Below are positions 1 to 12,665 of a DNA stretch of 64,000 nucleotides, one piece after another. Below the pieces are notes generated by a model that was not told where the DNA came from, ran no database searches, and saw only the letters and a list, made by a program, of their open reading frames with translations. The DNA comes from Rhynchobatus australiae (lineage: Eukaryota). Location of the stretch: positions 89,120,201-89,184,200 of the forward strand of contig JAUZTB010000098.1 in assembly GCA_034780895.1 (NCBI GenBank), read 5' to 3'. The position numbers were made by a program, and so were the translations under genes. Position 1 is the first letter of the stretch, and each line of letters opens with the position of its first letter.

Positions 1-1183
1 GCCAATCTGCCCTGCTGTGTAACATTGCCCATTCCCCACCAGCTCCAGCTCCACCCCAAAAATAACCAAGATCAACAACCAAAGCCTAGAAAATTTGGAC
101 CACTTTCTATTTCTCAGGAATCTAGTACAGTTGAAACTTCAAAGCATTGCAGAACATTGTCAACTTACATTCTGAAGGATCCTTCAAATCCAATGGCAGC
201 ATGGGTGAACATGAGCAAATGGTAATTAGTTCATCAATTATGCCTTCAAATTGGATTGCCAAAAATATAAACAATGTAATTTTATTCATTTGTTAAACAT
301 CTGGCAGTACATTGTTTGATCAAGTCAAGGTGGCAACCCTGTCTATAACTGAAACCACCACACTTCTCCCAACACAAGTACGGAAATATATCCAGAAAAA
401 TGCAGGACACTGAGGCATTTAAGTAAGGGACGTAAAATTAATCTCAGTCAGTTATAGCACTGCCAGGTTTGATTGACTGGCAATTAGCCTATCATCCTCT
501 CTCTAGCCAGGATGTTGTTGTCACTATTTGCATAACAACATGATTCCAAAATGGAAATATGATAACACCACAGCACTCAGGAGAAGTTCCTCATGTGAGG
601 CCATAAACTCACCTGCATAGACCACACAAGTCTTGTTATATATGCAACTGCAGCCTTTATTTCTCCCAGACTCCAAGATTCCAAAGGCTCGATATTTCTG
701 TCCTCCGATAACTTACTCCAGCTGCACTGCCTTATTTTGTATCACATTGCATTTGAACCTGTTCATTATCTGCCATCATGCTTAAGCAATCAGCCTAAAA
801 TTAATAGCTCCTTCAGGCCAGAAGAGAATTACCACAAAAACTCCTGCACCTTTTCCATCAGCAGCTAAAAACATTTCTCCAGCATTTTGGGGTCCTAGAT
901 AAAGTGCCATTTTAAATCCAGATCTGAAGTGGCCTGTGAGCTCTTTGTATTTTTTGCAAAACCCTCAGCTATAATTGATGCATTGCAGCAGACTGTCCTG
1001 GCTTATGCTACCCAGTCCCCTGAGGCAATTAAATTATTAATTGGTATGTAATTTTTTTGGTATACTATTAACAATCTCCACAATTTTGCCTCCTTGAAAT
1101 GCCTTTGCTCCTGACTGGGGAAAAAGCTTTGTGTCACTCTGTTGATCCCTGTTTCCAATGGCTCTACCCCAACAAACCCTAAC

Positions 1184-1712
1184 AGCCAACATGGCTTTGT
1201 GAAGGACAGATCATGTCTCACAAGCCTGATAGGGTTCTTTGAGGAGGTGACCAGGCAGATTGATGAGGGTAGTGCAGTAGATATGGTCTACATGGATTTT
1301 AGTAAGACATTTGACAAGGTTCCACATGGTAGGCTTCTTCAGAAAGTCAAAGGGCATGGGATCCAGGGAGGTTTGGCCGTGTGGATTCAGAATTGGCTTG
1401 CCTGTAGAGGGTTGTGGTGGAGGGAGTGCATTCAGATTGGAGGGCTGTGACTAGTGGTGTCCCACAAGGATCAGTTCTGGGANNNNNNNNNNNNNNNNNN
1501 NNNNNNNNNNNNNNNNNNNNNNNNNNNNNNNNNNNNNNNNNNNNNNNNNNNNNNNNNNNNNNNNNNNNNNNNNNNNNNNNNNCATATGGAGGAATTTAAA
1601 ATAGAGGGATATGTGGGAGGAAGGGGTTAGATAGTCTTTGGCGAGGTTTAAAGGTTGGCACAACATTGTGGGCCAAAGGGCCTGTATTGTGCTGCACTAT
1701 TCTATGATTCTA
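1184..1712 (+). mobile_element. CR1-clade LINE (HER1-like), 5'-truncated: RT fragment, gap, then 3' tail
   Basis: SQHGFVKDRSCLTSLIGFFEEVT...VYMDFSKTFDKVPHGRLL and SGVPQGSVLG RT motifs; tail GGGCCAAAGGGCCTGTATTGTGCTG...TTCTATGATTCTA. Confidence 0.92.
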
Positions 1713-2999
1713 CTTGCAGCCCTGAACCCCATTGCCCAATGTCAATACCATTCCCAATTATAGTCTCCAATAGTGTGTATATTAAACTCCTATTCTATAA
1801 ACTATAAGTGACTGAAATTTCCTTGTCAAACAAACTGTGGCTTTTCAGAATCCTTGTTTGTGAATAACTTTCATCTCATTAAAGAGTGAACCTGCACAGG
1901 GAGGGATGTACTATCATGAGGACATTTCAGTGTCCTCCAGCTCTTTAATCTGTCACTTTCAAAGTGATTGCATTTAGATCAAAGACTCTTTCAAATTTTA
2001 GTCATCTCACATGCCATGAACTCATGTGGTATGTTGAATTGCCTTTTAAGATTTCTTAAGTACTATCAGAGTTTGGACTTGTGCACTTTGTCAGATTTCA
2101 GGTATTTAGAGGTTGAATTTCTACATCTTGATTACCTGCTTTAAGTTCAGTGAAACCCTTGGGAACATTTTCATTTTCTTCAGTCTCCTGACCTTGATTC
2201 AGCAACATTAATTCAGACTCACTCCTTGTGAACTGCAATGTTGGCTCCCTGATCAAGTAAACAGATTCATAAATTGTCTGGAAGTTACTTCCAATAATCT
2301 GTCTCTTAAAATGAGGTGCCAAAGATTTACGTAGTCCTGGACATTTTTGCTCTCTAACCAACATTTCAAAATTTCATCTAATTTAGCAGCCAATTTTCTG
2401 CAAGCACTCAGTAAATTTCCTCTTAACCTCTTAAATGTTTGCTTGCAAATTTCAGATGTTTAATTATATTCATTGAGGAACATATAATTTACAGCATTAC
2501 ATTACTTACTCTCCACTGAATTGATGCAAAAAAAAGACAGCAAGTGTTTTAACTCAAGAAGACTTAAAGCTGACATTGATCCTTTGAGGATTTTGAACTT
2601 GCTATCTGAGCCGCCAACAAAACTTACCACATTGAACAAAAACATTTTCTTCTTTGCCCTGGAGCTCCAGAAACAATAATTGCAATAATTGTCTCTTTCA
2701 GCAGACACCTTTTAATGGGAACATTTAAATGAATATGAATCTCAGGCTAAAGATGCAAACATCTCCTGGATGTTCAGGAAAACTTCTCAGTGCATCAAGG
2801 TTATTAGAGCATGCGCAATTATGGAACGACTGGTTGTATTGGTGTCTAATGACTTTGTCCAAATAGCACATATCTGAATGGCTAATATTCTCAGTGTAAA
2901 TCAAGTCAAATGTATTTCCCAAATCTGCAAATTGAGTCAAGAATGGAAAGTGTAGTAAGAGTCAACTGCATTGTGTGGAACTGATATCAGTTATGGCTG

Positions 3000-3175
3000 A
3001 ATAAGGGTGATATATTTTCTTCCAAGATGGACTAGGAAATGAATTGGGTTTTTGTACACAAAGCTGTCATGGCTATTTTCTGTAGCCAGCCTAAAAATAT
3101 CCAAATTTATTTATCTCCATTTCACAGCTAAACTTTTGGGTTGTCAATCCAATGCCAAATACTGCGATGCCTCCA
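3000..3175 (-). mobile_element. Old tRNA-derived SINE remnant (same family as the split copy at 14.4-15.7 kb)
   Basis: Diverged resemblance to a recalled elasmobranch SINE consensus (aagg..g.atattttcttcc, gggttttt..aca, tccaaatttattt, caatccaatg). Confidence 0.4.
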
Positions 3176-4267
3176 GTGAATTGAGCAGAATTGCATAGCA
3201 ACATGAATTAAATCAAAATATTGCAGACGTACTCATTTCAAGTATCAAATTATCAAATCTGTCAATTCATTCCAATTCACTAAAGCCAGGCATGTCAAAT
3301 TGGAAACATCTCAAACCCCAAGAGATCACTTTCTCCCCAGAAATTAGTCACCAGATAAGCGCCAAGTGTGGCTGAACTTGCCAGAGACGGGTCTGAATGC
3401 ATATCACTGATGTTCCTGACATATATAAGCTATATCCCAACTACTGACATCCACATCAGGTAAAGCTGTAGACCTTCAATAATAACTTCTGTATCTATGC
3501 AACCAACCATTATTGCTGCCAAATCCCAGATATATGAGCACAGGTTCTCCTTCCCAGCTTCCAGGTAAAGCTTGCCATGGATAGTGTTGCTATGTGGACT
3601 GAAACAGTTGAACCTCTGTTTTCAATCACTCCCATATTGCTCCAAGCTGAACCTTTGCCACCTCTATCTGCTGCCATAATGCTGCTTTTAAGAGAGCCTT
3701 GTTAAATAGAGTTGGATGAAAGGCAAGCATATATAACTTTATAGATTTAAAATGTTTTAGAAATCAAAAAACAAACCTCTAACATCAATATATTAATCCA
3801 TTTCAGACTTCACAAGGATTCTGGGACCATGTATGAATGTCCTGTTATTGCTAATGCATCATACTGATACATTAATTCTACATTATTACTAATGCACACT
3901 TGGATCATGCACTATTATCAACACAGAGACTTTCACCTTTATGATTCAAAAGGACTTGTGAGCAATTTCCCACAGCTAATTTTAAAATAATTATCAACAG
4001 GAGGTTCTAGAAAGAATAGGCTTTAAAATGTAAACATACCACTAGTCTGATTCAAAATTTGCACAGTGAGAAATGTTTTAGACCCAAGAGTCCTGAAATT
4101 GTGGTGAACCATAAAAGACATGTGACGTGGTTGTTGCAAGATGTGCTAATGACCATTATGTTTGTGGGGCTACTGCAACAAACCTCATTTGAACCTATGC
4201 CTGATGCAAAGGAAGATATGGTGTCCAGGAACAAAGCCAGATCCTTGGAAGTAAAGAAGAATTGGAA

Positions 4268-4445
4268 TTTAATTTGATTTATTATTGGCACATGACCGAA
4301 GGTACAGTAAAAAAAACTTTGTTTTGCATGCCATTCATTCAGATCATTTCATTACATCGGGGGTGCATTGAGGTAATATGAGGGAAGACAATAACAGAAT
4401 ACAGAATAAAGTGTTACAGTTACAGAAAAAGTGCAGTGCAGGCAG
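4268..4445 (-). mobile_element. 3' tail of a Rex1/Babar-like non-LTR element
   Basis: The reverse complement reads CTGCACTGCACTTTTTCTGTAACTGTAACAC...GCAAAACAAAGTTTTTTTTACTGTACC..TCATGTGCCAATAATAAATCAAAT. Confidence 0.6.
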
Positions 4446-4667
4446 AGGCTTAACAGGGATCTAGAGTAGCAAGCAGATTAGGGGGCTATGAAGATATCAG
4501 AGAACTGATTGTTCTGATGTAACATAAATAACAACACAGCCCAGTCAATTTTTTAGGCAATGATCTTCAAGAATTATGTAAAACTTTTGAAAGCATTGTT
4601 TATTCTTCAAGTCTAGCAATATGCCGTTTAGTATAGGATTATCATTTGAGGCAAAGCTGCTAATTAG

Positions 4668-4832
4668 AGGCATAGCATTAAGCAGTACAAAAACAACCCC
4701 TTCGTCCCATTGAGTCTGTGCTGATCATGTATCACCCATTTACACTCATCCTGTGCTGATCCCATTTTATTCTCCCCACGTTCTCACCAACACACTAAAA
4801 ATAATTTACAGTTGGCAATTAATCTACCAATT
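4668..4832 (-). mobile_element. V-SINE/CR1-tail remnant
   Basis: acaacccctt cgtcccattgagtctgtgctg is the reverse of a CR1-type tail; aatttacagttggcaattaatctaccaa resembles the reverse of the SINE body. Confidence 0.5.
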
Positions 4833-7244
4833 GTCTTTTCAAATTATTTCTACCCTCCCGTCATCCCTATCACTAACACCCCCAATTCTCTCCAAGAGTC
4901 AAGGATGTGTGGAACAACGTCCTGCACAGAAACTGCTAGAGATAGTTAGCTTAGTTCCTTCATAACAGAACTTAATAAATACCTGACTGGGTATGCATAT
5001 AAAATGGAAGGTAGTTGAGATGGGACATGAAAGTTCCTGTAGCGCTGAATTCAGGGGTCATGCCTGCATCATCAGTGGACGAGGAAGGTAAATACTCCAG
5101 AGCCATATTTGATTATCTTCAGTAATCAGGCATACCCTTGGGAGACTAAGTAGTATTGTCAGAGCAGAGGCTGTGGCAGAGTAGATTGTACCGCCTACTG
5201 ATGGTGCATTTGATGTGCAAACTATCTTTCCGAATCCCATTTATGATTAATGTCCCTCATACTTGTTTTTAATGATCATAAAGAGGCTTTATGAAACTTT
5301 ACTGTAAACGTAAATAAAAGATTATCAATGTTAGGTATGAACATTACATATATTATACTTATATAACCCTTCAATTCCAGTTAATACTTCATAGGTCTCA
5401 TTTCCTTTAATGCCTTAATATTTGCACAAGTATATACTTTGGAAGATAACCAGTTACTCATCCATCAAAATCCCATTAACATGGATAACTTGATCGTGAG
5501 GATCCTTTTACCATCACTAATCTCCTCTGTGACACAATTTGACCTATGCTGTTTAGGGTATAACATCTTAAGGGTATGCCCAAATGGGAGCCTATTAAGT
5601 TTTGTGTCCATTGTGCTGAGAGTGTTTGAAAGGAACCTTCAGAAAAATTTGGAAATGTTATTCATTCCTACACCGAAGTCACTGCCATTATTTCAAGATC
5701 GCATGAAAACAGGAAGTGCTTCTGGCTTCATAAGGATTTAGAGTTAAATTTAATTTACAGGAAGACAATATTGCATTTCCTGACTTTATTTGCATATGAA
5801 CCAGAGCCAAGAGACAATAAATGATGTTTATTTCATTATTTTATATAGTTTTTCTCAATTTTGATAATTTTAACAGATTTTAGGATACATTAATTGATTT
5901 TATAATACCTGTGGGGTATCAGAGAAAGCCTGCTGTAGACTTGATAGTAATTTTAACCTAATAAAGAGCAGAAAACCTCTTGGAGTATTGGTTTTACACC
6001 CCACTCCATATTTCACTGCACTGACTTCAGCAGAGCATAAAATTAGAATAATCAGAATATAAAACCAATGATTTTTCTCTCAGCCATTTCATGATTGAAG
6101 AATTGGGTTCAAACTGACCTGCATTTCTTCAGCACATGCCTCCTTCAAGTGAGATCCCCCATTTTGAGCACAGTGTCACTAAAGTTATCGATGCAACCCA
6201 GCAAACAAGAAATGCCTGAGTAAGCAAAATGTACTGAGTATAAATCTTAACAAAATGTCACAATGTTGAGCAAGAGCAAGCTCACAGAGAACCCAAATGC
6301 AGCACACTGGTACAGGACTGGAGTCAGGATANNNNNNNNNNNNNNNNNNNNNNNNNNNNNNNNNNNNNNNNNNNNNNNNNNNNNNNNNNNNNNNNNNNNN
6401 NNNNNNNNNNNNNNNNNNNNNNNNNNNNNNNNNNNNNNNNNNNNNNNNNNNNNNNNNNNNNNNNNNNNNNNNNNNNNNNNNNNNNNNNNNNNNNNNNNNN
6501 NNNNNNNNNNNNNNNNNNNNNNNNNNNNNNNNNNNNNNNNNNNNNNNNNNNNNNNNNNNNNNNNNNNNNNNNNNNNNNNNNNNNNNNNNNNNNNNNNNNN
6601 NNNNNNNNNNNNNNNNNNNNNNNNNNNNNNNNNNNNNNNNNNNNNNNNNNNNNNNNNNNNNNNNNNNNNNNNNNNNNNNNNNNNNNNNNNNNNNNNNNNN
6701 NNNNNNNNNNNNNNNNNNNNNNNNNNNNNNNNNNNNNNNNNNNNNNNNNNNNNNNNNNNNNNNNNNNNNNNNNNNNNNNNNNNNNNNNNNNNNNNNNNNN
6801 NNNNNNNNNNNNNNNNNNNNNNNNNNNNNNNNNNNNNNNNNNNNNNNNNNNNNNNNNNNNNNNNNNNNNNNNNNNNNNNNNNNNNNNNNNNNNNNNNNNN
6901 NNNNNNNNNNNNNNNNNNNNNNNNNNNNNNNNNNNNNNNNNNNNNNNNNNNNNNNNNNNNNNNNNNNNNNNNNNNNNNNNNNNNNNNNNNNNNNNNNNNN
7001 NNNNNNNNNNNNNNNNNNNNNNNNNNNNNNNNNNNNNNNNNNNNNNNNNNNNNNNNNNNNNNNNNNNNNNNNNNNNNNNNNNNNNNNNNNNNNNNNNNNN
7101 NNNNNNNNNNNNNNNNNNNNNNNNNNNNNNNNNNNNNNNNNNNNNNNNNNNNNNNNNNNNNNNNNNNNNNNNNNNNNNNNNNNNNTACAGAATATCCAGC
7201 CTCTTACCTGCCCATATTGATAAGACCATTGTGCATCAAGTAAA

Positions 7245-7700
7245 TGGTGATGCCAGGGAGGTTGATGTTAAGAGATCCAATGACACTAATGCCATTAAAT
7301 TTCACAGGGTTAAGTTTCATCACATGAGAACATTCACATAACTAACAATAGTTGATTCAACACTGCACTGAGAAATTTCCATGCCGATGTCCAGGGGCTG
7401 AGATGACTGAGTTCCAGGAAGCACACTCACTTCCTACATGGGAGCTATGATTCCAGCCATGGGAGCATTTCCTGTGATCCTCATTGATTTTGGTTTTCTT
7501 AATGCTATTCAAAAGCTAGATTAAAATTACATTGGCTTCAAAGGCAGTAATTCTCATCCCATCTATTTTTCCAAGGATGTAATAGTTCTGGAGGATTTGA
7601 TCATTACAAAATCTAAGCAAAAAATTGGTGAGTATGTTATTAATGAATAAATGTTGCTTGAAAGCAATATTGGCACCTCCTTCCAAGGTCTTCTAATAAG
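7245..7700 (-). mobile_element. Highly decayed CR1/L2-group LINE RT fragment
   Basis: The minus strand gives frameshifted remnants of RVTALDIKAAFDRVWH..KLKSMGI.G..L.WLESYL (gatgagaattactgcctttgaa...aaatcaatgaggatcacaggaaat..catggctggaatcatag). Confidence 0.5.
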
Positions 7701-8797
7701 TTGCAGAAGGCCAAGTTGGATTTGATCTGCTCAGAGTCAAAGTTAAGCTATTTGTTTACTTGCATTATCTGGGCATGAGTGAGTTAATCTTTCACTTCTG
7801 CTCCCAATTTCACATCATTTTGGATTGCCTCAATGTTCTGGGCCATAGCTAAGTTATCAATCTTGTTTAAATGCCACATGACAGGTTATTATGGAATTAT
7901 ATTGTTATGTTAGTGGAATCAGGGATAAGACCAATTGGCAACAATACTTAGTGTTGGGGGGAATCCTGGTTGCCAAATACCATGGGTTTTTAGCCAAAAC
8001 CTGCATATTTTTGTAACAGAGTCCCCTGGTTAGAAGCTTGGTGTGATTAATAAGCTCAGTTCTCTGACAGACGGAAACATTTGGAGAAGAGGCCATGGGT
8101 AGGAGAGTTGCTACTCAGGTGAGAAATCACAATGGGATGGGAAGAGACAGCATGATCTGGAAGGACTGAGCATGATCATTGGTTGGGACAATGTAAAGGT
8201 CAAGCTTGGAGGTAGGTGGTTTGCTGGGGGTGTTGGTGGTGGGTGATGATTGGTTGTGATTAGCAGTGTTCTCAAGATGGTAGGATTATGGGGTCAGTGA
8301 TCATAGGTGTGAGAGGATTAGTGATTGCAAGGGTGAGTGCATCACTTGGGAAGGTTGAGATCATGGGGAAGGGTTAAAATGAAGGGGTAGGTATCAGTTG
8401 TCAGAGGTACACAGTCACAGAGATCACAGGAACTCTAGTCCAATTGGCTTTGGAGAGGGAGCTTGGAAATGTTATCCAGTCCCAAGGGCTGGGTACCAAG
8501 CTAGTTTAGGAGGGGCCAGTGGAAACACATAGAGCTGTCTTGGCCTTCCTTTGGCTGGCAGGTTTCATGAAGCCCATTTCCAAGAAGCCAGAGTAAAATC
8601 TGGAAGACAGATGAAAATTGAGGTAGGCAATCTCATTAAAATGAATAATCTGTGATCTGCCTGCTGAGAGAGAAAGTTGTTTCTAATAAACCTTTAAAAA
8701 TGGAAGAATGCAACTTCAAGATGTAAAGATGATACCATTCCACCCAAATACCCACTTACTGGCATTGAAATTTCTGCTATTGGGTCAGATTTCAGGG

Positions 8798-9001
8798 ACA
8801 TGGAACAGTACAGCACTGGAACAGGCTCTTCAGCCCAACATGTCTGTGCTGAGCATGATGCCAAATTAAGTTGATCCCTTCTGTCTGCACATGATCCATA
8901 ACCCTCAATTCCCTGCCTATTCATGCGCCTATCTAAAAGCCTCTTGAATGCCACTATTGCATCTGCTTCCACCACCACCCTTGGCAGCACGTTCCAGGCA
9001 C
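8798..9001 (-). mobile_element. CR1-clade LINE 3' end
   Basis: WNVLPRVVVEADAIVAFKRLLDRRMNRQGIEGYG ORF2 C-terminus plus GGGCTGAAGAGCCTGTTCCAGTGCTGTACTGTTCCATG tail. Confidence 0.9.
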
Positions 9002-9620
9002 AAGGCTGGCTATACTTTACATTACCTGGGGCTACTCAATGTTGTCACTGGCTGCTAGAATTGGAACGTGCTAGAACTGAAACATATCTATTTGATAAAA
9101 AGTAAAAGAAAGTCTTCGACTCTCCAAATACTTGACATTACTCATGTCTTCCAACACTATAAAGATCTAGATCATGTTTAGATCTGGGGGCCTCCCTACA
9201 GACTAAGCTCTTAAGGGTAATTTTCAGATTCTATGCTTTCAGCAGGGAATGCTGCCCATTTGGAGCACTTAACGGAAACTTGGATACATGCTGCACACAA
9301 GTTTCCAACCATTGATATCAATGCTTGGAAAATTGTGCAGAGTTCCTAACTTTCCAATAAGCACTTCCCGTGGCCAAGGCTGGAGAGCAATGTCAGAAAA
9401 CTGCAACTTTTGTCTACTTCCTTCTTCTCTCAATGCATTATTGTTTTTGTAAAAGTTATCAACCTTATCAATCTCTTAAAATGTTTTAAATTCCTTGATT
9501 ACACCACCCTTAATCTTTTATATTGAAAGGAATTCAAGCTCCATGCAACATTCCTTCATGTCTTAACCCTTTTTGCTCCTACGTCATTCTGGTGAATCAG
9601 CACTACATCCCTCTAAAGGC

Positions 9621-9906
9621 TAGAACCATAGAACAATACAGCACAATACAGGCCCTTCGGCCCACCATGTTGTGCTGCCCATCAAACCACACCTCACNNN
9701 NNNNNNNNNNNNNNNNNNNNNNNNNNNNNNNNNNNNNNNNNNNNNNNNNNNNNNNNNNNNNNNNNNNNNNNNNNNNNNNNNNNNNNNNNNNNNNNNNCAC
9801 TCCCTCCACCACAACCCTCTGCTTTCTACCATCAAGCCAATTCCTAATCCACACAGCCAAGCTTCCCTGGATCCTGTGGCCCCTGACCTTCTGAAGAAGT
9901 CTACCA
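9621..9906 (-). mobile_element. CR1-clade LINE (same family as 1184-1712): RT fragment, gap, then 3' tail
   Basis: GRLLQKVRGHRIQGSLAVWIRNWLDGRKQRVVVEGV; tail GGGCCGAAGGGCCTGTATTGTGCTGTATTGTTCTATGGTTCTA. Confidence 0.9.
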
Positions 9907-10294
9907 GTGTATCCTCCTTTGTGTTGCAATATTCCTGAGAATGAAACAGAGCCTAATCTATTGAAAACTTCTGTATTTTTAGATAGGAAACACACATCGA
10001 GAAGAGTATTGTGTGATAGTGCTAACCAGGAAACCAGAAGGCCAGGATAGAGCACTTGTGAGGGAGTCTGAACCTGAGTGAAGTAACTTGAAATGGGGAA
10101 TGTGTTGTTGTATAAGCCAAAAGGCAGGGCAACCCTGAATGCGAACATCTATTGTATCTCTCCTCCCGCTGTATTGCTGGATTCTACATGGGTAGGACCC
10201 GGTCTTGCTGGGATTCCTTTCAGATCTTACCCCTGGTGAGACTTGGCATTGGATCTGAGATCCATTGATCTCAGTCGGAACAATGTTATAAACT

Positions 10295-10490
10295 TTGTTT
10301 GCTTTATCTTTGTTTTTTTATTGTTCTAATTGTGTTCTTTCTTGTATAATTTTGTATGATTTATGTACATTGATGAATGCTGTGTCTCCAACACTATGCA
10401 CCTGTGATGCTGCTGCAAATAAGTTTTTCAGTGCACCTTGCATTTTTGCACCTGTACATTTGACAATAAGCTCGACTTTGACTTTGAATT
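10295..10490 (+). mobile_element. 3' tail of a Rex1/Babar-like element
   Basis: TGTGATGCTGCTGCAAATAAGTTTTTCAGTGCACC...CATTTGACAATAAG followed by (GACTTT)2. Confidence 0.6.
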
Positions 10491-10964
10491 GAAAAACACT
10501 GGGCCTGCTGATAGTGGCAAAGATTAAGGTAACTTATCTTGTATTCACATATTGTATCAGTTTTTCTAGATGGTTTTAATTATTAAAAAAAACTTCTATA
10601 AATAACATTTTTTCAATTACTTATTTAGTTTCTCTGTATCTCATAGTGGCCAAGTTAAAAACAGTTCCATACTCACACCTTTAGAGGAAGACCAAACCCA
10701 TTTCTCAGCTTTGCCTATCAGAGCAGTGGGAGTGTTGGAATAGCGGAGGGCAGTGGGTGTTCCAGGAGATTGTACTATGCTGCCCACAGCCTAGTCCCTG
10801 GGTGGACCTTGCAATCCAACTCATGTTTGTTCCTCAGTATCTGGCCCAAGTGACCAATGGTGACAAGACCTTGGGTGGTGACTCCAGGCATTGGGTGGGT
10901 CCAGCATTATCTTGCTGTTGTTTCACTTTGACACATTTTATACCTCACACCAGGTCAGAGCAAC

Positions 10965-11050
10965 AAAGTGTGTTTGACCTGAAGCATGCACTCTGTTTCT
11001 CTTTCCACTGATGCTGTCTGACCTCCAGTATTTTCTGTTTTTATTGCAGA
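10965..11050 (+). mobile_element. Penelope-associated terminal repeat fragment
   Basis: TTGACCTGAAGCAT...TCCACTGATGCTGTCTGACCT..CAGTATTTTCTGTTTTTATT, similar to 52120-52225. Confidence 0.6.
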
Positions 11051-11157
11051 CCAGAGCAATGTAGCTGATCAAAATTTTATTTCTTTTATTTTACTTCATT
11101 CGTTTTTTTAAAAAAATACCATAGAAACTGCACTTGCAAGTTCCAGTGTATAACAAC

Positions 11158-11930
11158 AGTGGAGGCATACAGGAATGAGATAGATCGGTCAGTTGAATGG
11201 TGTCGCAACAACAATCTCGCACTCAACATCAGCAAGACCAAGAAACTGGACTTCAGGAAGGGGAAGTCAGGAGAACACACACCAATCCTCATTGGTGGGG
11301 CAGGGTGGACAGGATGGGCAGCTTCAAGTTCCTGGATGTCAACATCTTGGAGGACCTATCCTAGGCCCAACACATTGATGCAATCATGAAAAAAGCACAT
11401 CAGTGGCTCTTCATTGTTAAGAGATTGAAGAGATTTGGTATGTCACCAAAGACGCTTATAAATTTCTATAGACGTACAGAGGAGAGCATTCTGACTGGTT
11501 GCATCACAGCCTTGTATGGAGGTTCCAATGTACAGGATCGCAAGAGGCTGCAGAGGGTTGTAGACTCAGCCATCTCCATCACAGGCACNNNNNNNNNNAT
11601 CTTCAAGAGGAGGTGCCTCAAGAAGGTGACATCCATCACTAAGGACCCTCACCATCCAGGACATGCCCTCTTCTCATTACTACCATTGGGAAGGAGGTAC
11701 AGGAGCCTGAAGACCCACTCAATAATTCAGAAGCAGTTGTTTCCCCTCTGCCATCAGATTTCTGAATGGTTCATGAATCCATGAACACTACTTCATTATT
11801 CCATTTTTTTGCACTATTTATTTATTTTTGTAATTTACAGTAATTTTATGTCTTGCACTGTACTGCTGCTGCAAAACAACAAATTTCATGTCACCTAAGT
11901 CTGTGGTAACAAATCTGATTCTGATTCTGA
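11158..11930 (+). mobile_element. Rex1/Babar non-LTR retrotransposon, 5'-truncated
   Basis: EAYRNEIDRSVEWCRNNNLALNISKTK and KKAHQWLFIVKRLKRFGMSPKTLINFYR..ESILTGCITALYG...DPHHPGHALFSLLPLGRRYRSLKT; ends in (GATTCT)n. Confidence 0.9.
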
Positions 11931-12576
11931 AAACAGTTCATTGCTGTGTGGTGCAAATTTGAAAATCTTTATTTCCTGTTGTAAGATTGTGTTAGATCTT
12001 GTTCCATTCAATGGTAATACTGTCATTAAAATTAGTTCCTATTTTTATCTCATGCAAAGACCATGTCAGGACACTGTGTTCTTTTTCACTAAGTGTGGGG
12101 AAATTAGTATAATTTTGTATTTGCAAAACAGCTGCTAGAATTATGGATGAAACTAGAATGATTTATGTTGTACTGTGTGTGGAGATTGTTTGGAACCCTG
12201 TGCAAGAAAGGATGCAGACCAGAAACTGTTCGACTGGCATATCTCATGGAGAGGGAGGTGAATTTGGATTGAGTTATAACTTCTGGAATGACCTTAAAAT
12301 AACTTTAAAAGTTAACAGAAGATTTTGTTTTAATTTAGCTATTTAGAAAGCGGTAGAAAGTAGTTACAATTATTTTGCATGTGTACTTTTTCAAAGAAAA
12401 TTCTTGAAGAATGGTGTATGATATTTGTCAAAAGGAGATGAAAAGGTCTCAGATTTTTGTGGCAATGCTTTATAAGCTCCTTCAGATAAGTAGCACTGTT
12501 TTATAAACTCCTTATATCAGGTAGAGGGCTCCTTGTAAAATAAGACTGGGTGTCATTAAAAAAGGTAGAAGATAGA

Positions 12577-12665
12577 GGGTCTATGACCTGAAACATTGAC
12601 TCTACTTCTTTCTACATAGTTGCATCCTGACCTGAGCATTTCCAACTTTCTCTGTTTTCATTTTA
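12577..12665 (+). mobile_element. Penelope-associated terminal repeat fragment
   Basis: GGGTCTATGACCTGAAACATTGACTCT...CCTGACCTGAGCATTTCCAAC, similar to 52120-52225. Confidence 0.6.

Noticed and set aside
6263-7243. ORFs of about 300 aa in the ORF track
   Set aside because: They are almost entirely N-gap (6332-7185). The same applies to other X-filled ORFs at 14.9, 22.0, 35.2 and 59.1 kb.
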